Notes under the pieces: generated by a model
The model's database searches: none
What the model saw: the letters and a program-made list of their open reading frames with translations, nothing else
Told to the model about the DNA's origin: nothing
Shown: in pieces, positions 47,415 to 56,944 of the stretch
Layout of the letters: each line of letters opens with the position of its first letter
Position numbering within the stretch: the first letter of the stretch is position 1
NCBI GenBank assembly: GCA_963804295.1
Contig: CAWDQS010000031.1
Coordinates: forward strand, 54,139-118,138
Source of the DNA: an uncultured Acidobacteriaceae bacterium
Lineage (GTDB): Bacteria > Acidobacteriota > Terriglobia > Terriglobales > Acidobacteriaceae
Length of the DNA: 64,000 nucleotides
Direction: 5' to 3'
Position numbers and translations under genes: made by a program

Positions 47415-47531
47415 CAGCTTTCAGCTATCAGCAATCAGCTGACTACTCGTCAGCATTCAACGAAGCCGCCAAGCATTTGAGGCATGAATATAGCTATCGT
47501 CTGAAAGCTGACTGCTGATAGCTGACCGCTG
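47415..47531. repeat. inverted pair of CAGCNNN heptad arrays
   Basis: The left arm has four heptads (CAGCTTT CAGCTAT CAGCAAT CAGCTGA, 47415-47442). The right arm has four inverse heptads (AAAGCTG ACTGCTG ATAGCTG ACCGCTG, 47504-47531). They are separated by ~61 bp, between the rlmH stop and the cobO start. Confidence 0.75.
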
Positions 47532-47534
47532 ACT

Positions 47535-47984
47535 TCAATGTCCGGCGTGATAGGGATGGCCGGTGAGAATAGTGAAGGCGCGGTAGATCTGTTCGGCGAT
47601 GGCCAGGCGCGCTAATGCGTGGGCCATGGTCATGGGCCCCAGCGAGAGCAGCAGTTGCGCGCGCACGCGGGCTGCATCGGACCATCCGCTGGCGGGCCCG
47701 ACGGCGAAGACTATGTTCTGCGTTCCCTCGTCGCGGCGCTTGCCGAGCCAGGAGGCAAAGACTTCAGAGGTCATCTGGAGGCCACGGCTATCCAGCAGCA
47801 CGGCAACAACGGGTGTGCGTCCCTGCTGCTTATCCAGCCAATCGAGCAGCGCAGTTTCGGTGCGAAAGGATTCCGCCTTGCAGTGGGCAAAGGGCGAGCA
47901 GCGCTTGAGATAAAGCGCGGTGAGGGACTCGAACTCATCCTTCAAAGCAGGACGCGCGGCGATATGCGCCAAGATAAGGTTCAT
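47535..47984 (-). CDS. rlmH: 23S rRNA (pseudouridine1915-N3)-methyltransferase
   Basis: It has a SPOUT fold pattern, VFAVGPASGWS, and a C-terminal LARLAIAEQIYRAFTILTGHPYH. Confidence 0.88.
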   Translation of the reverse strand: MNLILAHIAARPALKDEFESLTALYLKRCSPFAHCKAESFRTETALLDWLDKQQGRTPVVAVLLDSRGLQMTSEVFASWLGKRRDEGTQNIVFAVGPASGWSDAARVRAQLLLSLGPMTMAHALARLAIAEQIYRAFTILTGHPYHAGH

Positions 47985-48442
47985 GCCGAGCAGAATACTC
48001 TAACCCGTGCGAAGTTGCATGGAGCACGCGGAGAACACATAAAAGCTCTGCTAACAGTGCATTCTGCAAGTTGAATCGAATTAGTGGGGTTTAGCGTCAT
48101 GCGCAGAGCGAAGAGCCGGGCACAGACCTCGGGAAGTATGCCAAATCGATACAAAGTGTCCATTTATGGGATTTCGGCATATGATAATCCATATTTTCGT
48201 GTATCACGGATGGAAGAGTACTCCGTATCGCTTATATAACTCTTTTATTTTCAACAACAACAAAATTATCAAGCAGTTAGACTAGAATGGCCCTCAACCT
48301 GCATTTAACTCTACGAGTAGTGCCTCGCACCATTTGGGTTCTCGTTATCACGTGCCCATCCGAGACGCAAAAGCACAAAAAGCGGGATGAGAAGCTGCCA
48401 GATCGGGCTTCCGGCCCCCACAGAACTTTTTGGAGGAAGTCA

Positions 48443-51400
48443 ATGAGATTAATCCGGTTGCAAAGTGCATTTCTAGCGCTGGGCTTTCTGATGATGGCCG
48501 GCGTTGTTGCGAATCTCACGACCCCGGTGGCGTTCGGCCAGTCGACGAACTCCGGAACGGTTGTCGGCGTGGTTGAGGATCCGAGCGGCGCTGTGATTCA
48601 GGGAGCGACCGTTGCCCTGACCGATCTTTCAACCAAGTCCGAGCGCAAGACCACCACAAGCCATACCGGCCAGTATGTGTTTGTCAATGTTCCTCCAGGT
48701 GATTACTCCATTACCGCAAGTAAGAGCGGTTTTGCAACCGATAAAGTAGCGAATCAAACGGTAACAGTCGGCACGCAGACCACAGCCAACTTCAAACTGC
48801 AGGTGGGCAGCGACGCGACTACCATTGAAGTGAAGACATCGGGCGCCGATCTGCAAACCATCAACTCAACAGTGGGCAGCACAGTTGATCCGGTTTCTCT
48901 CGCCCAGCTTCCCAGCTTTCTTCATGATGTGGGCACGTTTACCGCGTTGCAGGCGGGCGTGAGCCCGGACGGCAGCGTGGCCGGTACGGTCAACGACCAA
49001 AACACATTCAGCCTGGATGGCGGCAACAACTCCAATGATATGGACGGCAGCATGGCCGTCTATACTTCTTCGTTCGCGGAAGACCCGACAGGCGTCGCCG
49101 GCCAGGAAGGGGATCTCTCGGCAAGCCCCACGGGCGTGATGCCCACGCCGCAGGACAGCGTGGAAGAGTTCAAGGTGAACACCGCCAATCAAACGGCGGA
49201 CTTCAACAACTCGGCCGGCGCGCAAGTGGAGATTGTCACCAAGCGCGGCACGGAAAAATGGCACGCCACCGCCTATGAATATTACCTGGACAACGATGAA
49301 AGCGCCAACACATGGGATAACAACCTTTCTGGCACGCCTGTTCCGCATTGGCACTATAGCAAGTATGGCTACGCGGGCGGAGGACCAGTGATTCCCAAAA
49401 ATATATTAGGTGGGAAGACGTTTTTCTTCGCCAATTACCAGGCATGGCGTTATCCCCAATCCGAGACTTACGAGCGCGCGGTTCCTTCGGCGGCTATGGC
49501 GACAGGGCTGATCACGGTCGCCGGCACACAGTACAACGTCGGGAATCCAAACACCGGCACATACGGACCCATGCTCGACCCACGCGGCATCGGCATCAAC
49601 CCAGCTGTCAAGACGATGTGGACAACCATGGAGCCGGCAGGGAACGATACGAGCTGCGGGAATCTGGCGAGCGACTCTCACGACCGTTGCGACAGCGTCA
49701 ACACAATCGGGTTCAAGGCCAACATGCCTATCCCTTATAAGGATGACTTTTTCGTTGCCCGCCTGGATCATGATTTCGGCCCGAAGTGGCACTTTATGAC
49801 CAGCTACCGCTACTACAAGCTGACCAAGACGAGCGACGTCCAGGTGGATATCGGCGGAGGGTTTGCAGGCGACAAGGTGGGTGTGCCGACCGCTGTGGCA
49901 CATCGTCCGCAGCAGCCGTGGTATTATGTGGCCGGATTGACGACGAACATCACGTCGAACGTCACCAACGACTTCCACTACAGCTTCCTGCGCAACTACT
50001 GGTCGTGGGCGGACAACAATGCCCCGCCGCAAATTTCGGGTTTGGGCGGAGCTCTGGAGCCCCAGGGCGAATCCCCCACCCTCGCACTCGTACCCTATAA
50101 CGTGAATACCCAGCAGATTCGCACCCGCTTCTGGGACGGCAAGGACAACTTCTTCCGTGATGACGTCACGTACCTGAAGGGCAACCATCTGTTCCAATTC
50201 GGCGGCCAGTATCAGCACAACTTCGACTACCATCAACGCTCTGACAATGGCGGCGGCATCAACTTCACCACCACCTATCAACTCGGCGATGCCAGCGGCG
50301 CGCCAAATATCGACATGTCCGGGCTGGCGGGCTATCCGACCGACTCAACGTCCAAGCGCCTTGCCGCGGCAGTGCTTGGAATGGTGACAGATTCACAGGT
50401 TGCTTATACTCGCCAGGGACCAACGCTGGCGCTGAATCCTCCTCTGACCAAGGCGTTCGACAAGAGCGTCATTACTTACTACAACGTGTATTTCAGCGAC
50501 ACGTGGCATCTGAAGCCAAGCCTTACGCTGACGTATGGCATGGGCTGGACACTGGAGTTGCCACCGACGGAACAGACCGGCAAGCAGACCGTGCTGGTGG
50601 ACTCAGCCGACAATCCGGTCGAACTCAATGATTACCTTGTGCAGCGCAAAACAGCCGCTCTGGCTGGCAACGTGTACAATCCGGAGCTTGGCTTTGCGAT
50701 GGTGGGCAATGTCGGATCCGGCCGGAAGTATCCGTACGACCCATTCTATGGCAGCTTCAGCCCGCGCTTGTCGGCGGCATGGAATCCGAAATTTGAGAGC
50801 CACTCATTGGCTGGCCACATCTTCGGCCACGACTCTACGGTTGTTCGCGGAGGCTACAGCCACTCCTACGGCCGCCTGAACGGCGTGACCCAGGTGTTGG
50901 TGCCGCTGCTGGGCATCGGCTTGATCCAGCCAGTGCAATGCACACTAGCGACAGCAGGCAACACGACAGACCCAGGGCAAGGTTTACCTACCTCGGCAAC
51001 ATGCGGCGGCGCGAACGGAACTACCAAACCATCGGCCGCGACGGCATTCCGCATCGGCACGGACGGCAATTCAGCGCCTCTGGCGGCGGCCAGCCCCACA
51101 CTGCCCCAGCCGATTTATCCAGGCTATAACAGCGCCGAAGGGTCGGCCTCCGAAGGAATCGATCCCAAGTTCCGTCCCGACGTGATCGATTCATTCGATA
51201 TAACAATCCAGCGGCAGTTGAGCCGGAAGACCCTGGTGGAGGTGGGTTACATTGGGCGTTTGATTCACCATGAATACCAGCCCATCAACCTGAACGCGGT
51301 TCCGTATATGTTTTCGGCCGGCGGACAGCAGTTCCAAACCGCCTACGCCGCTATCGAGAAGGCGCTGGGTTGCGCGACCTCAGCGGCGCAGTGCGGTTCC

Positions 51401-52579
51401 ACCATTGTACCCGCCTATTTACCCAACCCGGGAGGTCCCACATTACCTCCCGTAGCGAACCCAGCGTACCCTGGGTCCGTCAATGCGCTGGCTATAGCAA
51501 ATCCCCAACCGTTCTTCAACGCCATGCTCAATTCCACATACTGCACGGGAACAGGAAAGTTCGCAAATAATATAGCAGGCACCTATGCCAACTGCACGGC
51601 AGCCGTGCTTGACCAAGAGCTTGGCAATCTAGAAAGTCAGGATGTGTGGCACACGTGGGGCGATATGGACGGCTCATCCAACTTTGCACCAACGATGACG
51701 CAAAACGGCCCGAATGCACAGTTCTCGAGCGGCGTGGCCTTGAATGCCAGCATCGGCCACGGAAACTACAACGGCGGCTTCGTCTCGGTCAGCACTACGG
51801 ATTGGCATGGCGTCACCCTGCACGAGAACTTCACCTACAGCAAGTCCCTGGGTACGGGAGCTGTAACGCAGTCCTCCAGCGAATACACGGCCAACGATCC
51901 CTTCAACCTGAATGCGATGTACGGCGTTCAAGCGTTCAACCGCAAGTTTGTCTATAACATGTATGGAGTGTGGCAAGAGCCTTGGTACAAAGACCAGCGC
52001 CAAATCATCGGACGCCTGGCGGGCGGCTGGTCGTTTGCCCCGATCTTCGTCATGGGCAATGGCGAGCCTTTGAACTGCGGTACGATCACAGGCGCAGCAG
52101 CGTGGGGTTCGGGCGACGGCAACAACTATTTTGACAACGAGCAGTGCGTATTCACCAGCAAGTACAACGGAGGCGTCCACTCGCATTACGGCATAACGGG
52201 TGGAACCGATCCTTACGGAAATTCAGTCGGAGTAAATACCGCCGGAACAACCACCGGGACAGAAGTTAATATGTTCGCGAACCCGGTGGCGGTATTCGAT
52301 CAGGTACGCGCGCCGATTCTGGGCATCGATACCAAGAACCCCGGCCTCGGCCCCATCATCGGCATGCCGTATTGGAACTTGAACATGAGCGCGCAGAAGG
52401 ACATCAAGGTATGGAAGCGCGCAACGGTTCAGCTCACGTTTATCTTCCAAAACTTGTTCAACCACAATGTCTTTCAAGACCCAGGACTTAACCTAGCCAA
52501 TTCCGCGGGCTGGGGCGATCAAACGGTCCAGGAAAACCAACCACGCAAGATCGAGTATGGCGGTCGCGTCAGCTGGTAA
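48443..52579 (+). CDS. TonB-dependent-receptor-like outer-membrane protein with an N-terminal CarboxypepD_reg domain
   Basis: ATG 48443 follows GGAGGA. A signal peptide precedes GTVVGVVEDPSGAVIQGATVALT...GQYVFVNVPPGDYSITASKSGF and a very long beta-rich barrel ending in ...GGRVSW. This is the typical acidobacterial architecture. Confidence 0.85.
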   Translation: MRLIRLQSAFLALGFLMMAGVVANLTTPVAFGQSTNSGTVVGVVEDPSGAVIQGATVALTDLSTKSERKTTTSHTGQYVFVNVPPGDYSITASKSGFATDKVANQTVTVGTQTTANFKLQVGSDATTIEVKTSGADLQTINSTVGSTVDPVSLAQLPSFLHDVGTFTALQAGVSPDGSVAGTVNDQNTFSLDGGNNSNDMDGSMAVYTSSFAEDPTGVAGQEGDLSASPTGVMPTPQDSVEEFKVNTANQTADFNNSAGAQVEIVTKRGTEKWHATAYEYYLDNDESANTWDNNLSGTPVPHWHYSKYGYAGGGPVIPKNILGGKTFFFANYQAWRYPQSETYERAVPSAAMATGLITVAGTQYNVGNPNTGTYGPMLDPRGIGINPAVKTMWTTMEPAGNDTSCGNLASDSHDRCDSVNTIGFKANMPIPYKDDFFVARLDHDFGPKWHFMTSYRYYKLTKTSDVQVDIGGGFAGDKVGVPTAVAHRPQQPWYYVAGLTTNITSNVTNDFHYSFLRNYWSWADNNAPPQISGLGGALEPQGESPTLALVPYNVNTQQIRTRFWDGKDNFFRDDVTYLKGNHLFQFGGQYQHNFDYHQRSDNGGGINFTTTYQLGDASGAPNIDMSGLAGYPTDSTSKRLAAAVLGMVTDSQVAYTRQGPTLALNPPLTKAFDKSVITYYNVYFSDTWHLKPSLTLTYGMGWTLELPPTEQTGKQTVLVDSADNPVELNDYLVQRKTAALAGNVYNPELGFAMVGNVGSGRKYPYDPFYGSFSPRLSAAWNPKFESHSLAGHIFGHDSTVVRGGYSHSYGRLNGVTQVLVPLLGIGLIQPVQCTLATAGNTTDPGQGLPTSATCGGANGTTKPSAATAFRIGTDGNSAPLAAASPTLPQPIYPGYNSAEGSASEGIDPKFRPDVIDSFDITIQRQLSRKTLVEVGYIGRLIHHEYQPINLNAVPYMFSAGGQQFQTAYAAIEKALGCATSAAQCGSTIVPAYLPNPGGPTLPPVANPAYPGSVNALAIANPQPFFNAMLNSTYCTGTGKFANNIAGTYANCTAAVLDQELGNLESQDVWHTWGDMDGSSNFAPTMTQNGPNAQFSSGVALNASIGHGNYNGGFVSVSTTDWHGVTLHENFTYSKSLGTGAVTQSSSEYTANDPFNLNAMYGVQAFNRKFVYNMYGVWQEPWYKDQRQIIGRLAGGWSFAPIFVMGNGEPLNCGTITGAAAWGSGDGNNYFDNEQCVFTSKYNGGVHSHYGITGGTDPYGNSVGVNTAGTTTGTEVNMFANPVAVFDQVRAPILGIDTKNPGLGPIIGMPYWNLNMSAQKDIKVWKRATVQLTFIFQNLFNHNVFQDPGLNLANSAGWGDQTVQENQPRKIEYGGRVSW

Positions 52580-52601
52580 AGTGTGGCGTAAACAAAAAAC
52601 C

Positions 52602-52637
52602 AAGACCGGGAGCGCAATGCTCCCGGTCTTTTTTATA
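52602..52637. terminator. bidirectional intrinsic terminator between the OMP gene and rsfS
   Basis: The perfect stem AAGACCGGGAGC / GCTCCCGGTCTT with loop GCAAT is flanked by an A-run upstream and TTTTTTAT downstream. Confidence 0.75.
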
Positions 52638-52736
52638 CCCTGCGCAATTACCCACGCGAGACAGGCGGTCAGCTTTTCCGGCCGCGCTTCGACTTTGCAG
52701 TCTTCCTGGCCAGCGGCTTCTTCGCGGCAATCTTCT

Positions 52737-53381
52737 TTACAGCGGTTTTTTCTTTACCGCGGCTTTTTTAACGGCAGGCTTTGCCGCGCGGGACTTTCCA
52801 GTGGCGGGCTTGATCGTCTTCTTCGGAACGGCGTTCTTGCGCTTTAGCTTGGAAACAGGCTTGGAGGATGCCTTCTTTGCAAGCTTCTTCTGCTTGGGTG
52901 CTGGCTTGGCGACGGCTTTCTTTACCAATTTCGGCGCGGGTTTGGGCTTTGCCGCGGCCTTTTTGCGCGTGGCGATGGTCTTTGCTGCCAGCGCAACCTT
53001 CAGCTCGGCGTCGAACTCGGCCGGGGTAGCGGTGCGCGCGGATTTGCGCAGGCGCTCGATGTCGTAAAAGGCGCGGCGGTCGGCGAGAAAGACGTGGACG
53101 ACAAAGTCCACGTAGTCGAGGAGAATCCACTGGCCCTGGCGGCGGCCCTCGACGGAATTGGGGAAGACGCCAAACTCCTTTTTGAGGCGGTCTTCGATCT
53201 CGTCGGCGATGGCGATGGCCTGGCGGTCGTTGGCGGCCGATGTGACCAGGAAGAAGTCGGAGAGGCCGGAATCGATGGGGTCCAGCTCGAGGATGCGGGT
53301 GTCGAGGCCTTTCTTTTCTTCACAGACCGCGGCTGCGGCCTGCACGTACATACGGGTTTGTTGCTTGCTTTCTGTCGTCAT
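52737..53381 (-). CDS. rsfS: ribosome silencing factor RsfS with a lysine/alanine/proline-rich C-terminal tail
   Basis: The core is DFFLVTSAANDRQAIAIADEIEDRL...WILLDYVDFVVHVF...YDIERL. The last ~85 aa are K/A/P-rich (KKAAAKPKPAPKLVKKAVAKPAPKQKK...). Confidence 0.85.
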   Translation of the reverse strand: MTTESKQQTRMYVQAAAAVCEEKKGLDTRILELDPIDSGLSDFFLVTSAANDRQAIAIADEIEDRLKKEFGVFPNSVEGRRQGQWILLDYVDFVVHVFLADRRAFYDIERLRKSARTATPAEFDAELKVALAAKTIATRKKAAAKPKPAPKLVKKAVAKPAPKQKKLAKKASSKPVSKLKRKNAVPKKTIKPATGKSRAAKPAVKKAAVKKKPL

Positions 53382-53434
53382 TCTTTTGATTGATCTCCGA
53401 GTTCATCGTAGCCCTTCAAGGAAGTTGGGGCAAG

Positions 53435-54151
53435 TCAGCGATAGAGGCCGTGGGCACGAATGTACTCCAAAACAGGAGGGGGAAGCAGGGAGTGTTCTGG
53501 CGTTTGGGCGGCGGCGTGGGTGCGAATTCGGTCGCGAATCTGGGAGGCGCTGATGTCGATATGCAGGCCGGGAAGCACGTAGAAGGGGGCTTGCCGGCCT
53601 GCGGGATTGCGGAGGATGTAGCGGCGTATCTCGACCTCCGACGCGACCGATTCCGGCGGCGGAGCGGACTCTAACGTCAAGCCTACTGGGAGGGCGGAGT
53701 CGAGGTTATCGAGAAACTCGCCAGGACGGGAAGCAATGATCAGCAGCGCGATAAAGGGAATTTCGGCGGCGCGATGCCAGCGGCGGAAGGTGGCCAAGGA
53801 GTCATTGCCCATAAGGCAAAACAGGGCGCTCTCTGGCGGCAGTTGGTCGCGGAGGGTGATGAGGGTGTCGAGCGTGTAATTGGGGGCGCCGGATGATTTG
53901 GGGGCATCGGCCAGCGAGAGAATAAAACCGGGCTCGTCGGCAATGGCCAGTCGGGTCATGGCCAGACGGTCCTCAAAGCAGGCCGTGGGACCTTGCGGCT
54001 TGAGCGGCTGTGTGCCCACCGGCGCAAAAAGCACAGTGTCCAGGCCGAGAGCTGCCTGGGCGGCGCGCGCCACGCCGAGATGGCCGAGATGGGGCGGGTC
54101 GAATGTGCCGCCGAAGAAGGCTACACGGTTGCCGCTGGATTGCTGGTCCAT
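53435..54151 (-). CDS. nadD: nicotinate-nucleotide adenylyltransferase
   Basis: It carries VAFFGGTFDPPHLGHL and a C-terminal ISASQIR. The start is set at ATG 54151; the track ORF extends to 54220. Confidence 0.88.
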   Translation of the reverse strand: MDQQSSGNRVAFFGGTFDPPHLGHLGVARAAQAALGLDTVLFAPVGTQPLKPQGPTACFEDRLAMTRLAIADEPGFILSLADAPKSSGAPNYTLDTLITLRDQLPPESALFCLMGNDSLATFRRWHRAAEIPFIALLIIASRPGEFLDNLDSALPVGLTLESAPPPESVASEVEIRRYILRNPAGRQAPFYVLPGLHIDISASQIRDRIRTHAAAQTPEHSLLPPPVLEYIRAHGLYR

Positions 54152-54201
54152 GTGTTCATAGTAATCTGCGACGGATGCGCGAGCCGCGCGTCCAATAAAC
54201 A

Positions 54202-54621
54202 ATGCGCTATCTGATTGCAATTCTTGCCCTGGCCGGCGTGGTGGTTTCCGCGCTGGCGTTGCATGTTCATTACTGCAAAGATACCCAGCCCTGCTCGATC
54301 AACGAGAAGTGGGATTGCGGGATCGTGAACCACAGCCCATTTGCCGAAATCGAGGGCGTTCCCGTATCGGTGATCGGGATTGCGGGCTACCTGGCGCTAG
54401 CGGGGCTGGCGCTGATGCGGCAGCGGGCGCCGGTGTTTCTGGCTGCGCTCGTAGGACTCGGTTTTGCATTGCGGCTCACCTTTATAGAAGAGTATGTTTT
54501 GCAGGTGTGGTGCCTGTATTGCGTGATATCGCAGGTGGTCATCGGGCTGATTACTCTGCTCGGCCTGGGCTGGGTAGGAGCAGAGTATTTGGAGCTGAGG
54601 CGAGCTTGCCGGACGGCGTGA
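54202..54621 (+). CDS. vitamin K epoxide reductase (VKOR) family protein
   Basis: It has four TM helices, loop cysteines (YCKDTQPCSINEKWDC) and an active-site CxxC (WCLYC). Confidence 0.8.
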   Translation: MRYLIAILALAGVVVSALALHVHYCKDTQPCSINEKWDCGIVNHSPFAEIEGVPVSVIGIAGYLALAGLALMRQRAPVFLAALVGLGFALRLTFIEEYVLQVWCLYCVISQVVIGLITLLGLGWVGAEYLELRRACRTA

Positions 54622-54776
54622 ATACGGAGCTGGTTGAGGTTCGTGGATTCCCGCCCTGTTATATAAGTCCCAAAATGCGATAGGTGTTATAGGTTAGGCG
54701 ATATAAAACCGCGCCGAACCTGGGGGACCCAGCTTCGTGCTGAAATTCGCGGCGCTTCCTGCGCTGGTAAAATTGA

Positions 54777-56924
54777 ATGAAACCCATGTTCAAAAAGAAA
54801 TATGCGCAGTGGATGTACGAGTGGGAGACGCGGCTAACCACGCGCGATGAGAATCGCGTGGTGCGCCCGCTGGAGTGGGGCTTCGAGTGGATTGAGCCAT
54901 TTCTGCGTGAGCACGGCTTTGAGGAGGCGCTTCCGGGACCGGAGATTGTGGCCGATCCATCGCTGGCCGAGGCCGCCATGGTGCTGATGAATCAGTTTCT
55001 GATTCGCCACAGCGACGCCTTCTTCAACTACAAGCGGCCATCTGATTTTCGTTTGGAAGAGCGGCATCCGGAGCTGTTTCCCACCAATGTTCGCCCGGAG
55101 ACGCTGGCGCAAGATGCGGCGCTGAAACAGCAGGCCGCGGAGGGAAAGATACCGAAGGCGCAGTTTCTGCGCTTCACCTCGCCGGAGCGCACGCCTTATC
55201 CGCAGAACGACCTGGTGAATGCGCGTTGGTATCCCGCACCGGAGCATAAAGACCCCAAGCGGCCCAAGCAGGCCATCGTGGTGATGCCGCAATGGAATGC
55301 CGACGCCTTCAGCCACAACTCGCTGTGCGCGATCTTCAACAAGATGGGGATCTCAGCGCTGAGGCTCTCCAAGCCTTACCACGACATTCGGCGGCCGGTG
55401 GAGCTGGAGCGGTCAGATTATGCGGTGAGCGCCAACATTGGGCGGACGATTTCGGCGTGCCGGCAAGCGGTGGTGGATATTCGCTGCTGTCTGGATTGGC
55501 TGGAGGAGCAGGGCTACGAGCACTTCGGCGTGCTGGGAACCAGCCTGGGTTCCTGCTATGCGTTTTTAGCCAGCGCGCACGACAAGCGGCTCAGGGTGAA
55601 TGCCTTCAACCATGCCTCCACGGCCTTCGGCGATGTGACCTGGGCCGGGCAAAGCACGCGCCATGTGAAGCAGGCGCTGGAGGAGGCGGGGCTCAGCCAG
55701 GAACGGGTGCGGGCGCTGTGGGCAGCCGTCAGCCCGTGCAGCTACTACGACAAGATCATGCGCGCGGAGGTGGATGGAGCGCGAAAAAAAGTTTTGCTGG
55801 TCTACGCAAACTACGATCTGACCTTCCCTCTGGAGTACTCGCTGCAGGTAGTGGATGCGTTTGAACGCATCGGGCTCGATTTTGAACGGCGTGTGCTGCC
55901 CTGCGGCCACTACACCACCGGAGAGACGCCATATAAATTCATCGATGGCTGGTACATGGGGTGGTTTGTGTATCGGGCTTACAAGGCATTGCGGGAAGAG
56001 AAGGCCACCGGCTTGAGCGCGGAAGCCGTAAGATATCCGAAGCGCTTTAAACTCCCAAAGAAGAGACAGTTCCGCGCTAATGAGTTATCGGGCCATCAAA
56101 CTAGGACGAAGGGAATCGAAATCAGAGATCTGACCATCGGAACGGGAACCGAGGCGACAAAAGAGAGCGTTGTCGTTGCGAATATCAGGGAGTTTTTGCA
56201 TCGAGGAGATGAAGTAACTCACCCGCCTCTATTGGGCATGAGACACAGCATCGATCTCAGGCGGCGAAATTATATTGCCGGGTTGCTCAAGGGAATTCCA
56301 GGTATGCGTGTGGGCGGAGTGAGAGAGATTATTATCAGTCCGCACCTTGCTTACGGAGAAGCGGGGATACCGGGTCGAATACCCGCAAACGCGTTGCTGC
56401 GTTGTGTAGTTGAGTTAATTGGGATTCACAGATACAACGCGGCGCTGCCCGATGATTGGATTCCGGGTAAAATTCTCATTGTCACTCATTACCGGGAAGC
56501 AAATGATGAACAAATGAATTGGTCATTCACTCTGCATGAACGTGGCAATTCCTCGTTGAACTTTTTTCAATGGCCTCATATCAATCATCAGAAGAAGCCA
56601 CTTGTGAACCAGATTCCGATTCAATTGGATACGGAAGATTCAGAGAAATTGATTCAGCAAGCGATGGGCCTACCAGATGAGATGGCTGAGAATTGTGTCG
56701 CGTGGGACTCCGGGTTTATTGATAATACAGGTGGTATGGTGATTCGAGACAACCGGACCGGAGCGCGCTGCATGGTCGTCCATGTCATGGAGGGCGGAAA
56801 GGATCTGTGCATATTTGGAGTGCATGAGGATAGCCGGAAATTTCTTGACTCGACTTTCTACAGAAAAATAGAGCAGTTGATCAGACCGCACCTCGATAGT
56901 GATGCAGCAGGAGCATCCGCCTAA
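54777..56924 (+). CDS. fusion protein: alpha/beta hydrolase + FKBP-type peptidyl-prolyl isomerase + unknown C-terminal domain
   Basis: The nucleophile elbow is GVLGTSLGSCYAF. The FKBP block is GIEIRDLTIGTG...GIPGMRVGGVREIIISPHLAYGEAG...IPANALLRCVVELIGI. The last ~230 aa are unassigned and AT-richer. Confidence 0.75.
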   Translation: MKPMFKKKYAQWMYEWETRLTTRDENRVVRPLEWGFEWIEPFLREHGFEEALPGPEIVADPSLAEAAMVLMNQFLIRHSDAFFNYKRPSDFRLEERHPELFPTNVRPETLAQDAALKQQAAEGKIPKAQFLRFTSPERTPYPQNDLVNARWYPAPEHKDPKRPKQAIVVMPQWNADAFSHNSLCAIFNKMGISALRLSKPYHDIRRPVELERSDYAVSANIGRTISACRQAVVDIRCCLDWLEEQGYEHFGVLGTSLGSCYAFLASAHDKRLRVNAFNHASTAFGDVTWAGQSTRHVKQALEEAGLSQERVRALWAAVSPCSYYDKIMRAEVDGARKKVLLVYANYDLTFPLEYSLQVVDAFERIGLDFERRVLPCGHYTTGETPYKFIDGWYMGWFVYRAYKALREEKATGLSAEAVRYPKRFKLPKKRQFRANELSGHQTRTKGIEIRDLTIGTGTEATKESVVVANIREFLHRGDEVTHPPLLGMRHSIDLRRRNYIAGLLKGIPGMRVGGVREIIISPHLAYGEAGIPGRIPANALLRCVVELIGIHRYNAALPDDWIPGKILIVTHYREANDEQMNWSFTLHERGNSSLNFFQWPHINHQKKPLVNQIPIQLDTEDSEKLIQQAMGLPDEMAENCVAWDSGFIDNTGGMVIRDNRTGARCMVVHVMEGGKDLCIFGVHEDSRKFLDSTFYRKIEQLIRPHLDSDAAGASA

Positions 56925-56944
56925 GCAATACCCACACTTGTGCG

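Noticed and set aside
31827-47531. Heptad arrays and REP clusters considered as possible CRISPR arrays.
   Set aside because: The units are 7 nt tandem repeats or single hairpins, there are no 25-40-nt repeats alternating with unique spacers, and no cas genes are present.
47985-48442. Possible cobalamin riboswitch in the 458-bp AT-rich leader of the TonB-like OMP gene, which lies near cobO.
   Set aside because: No B12-box-like sequence is recognisable by eye. The receptor type (CarboxypepD_reg) is not the BtuB class.
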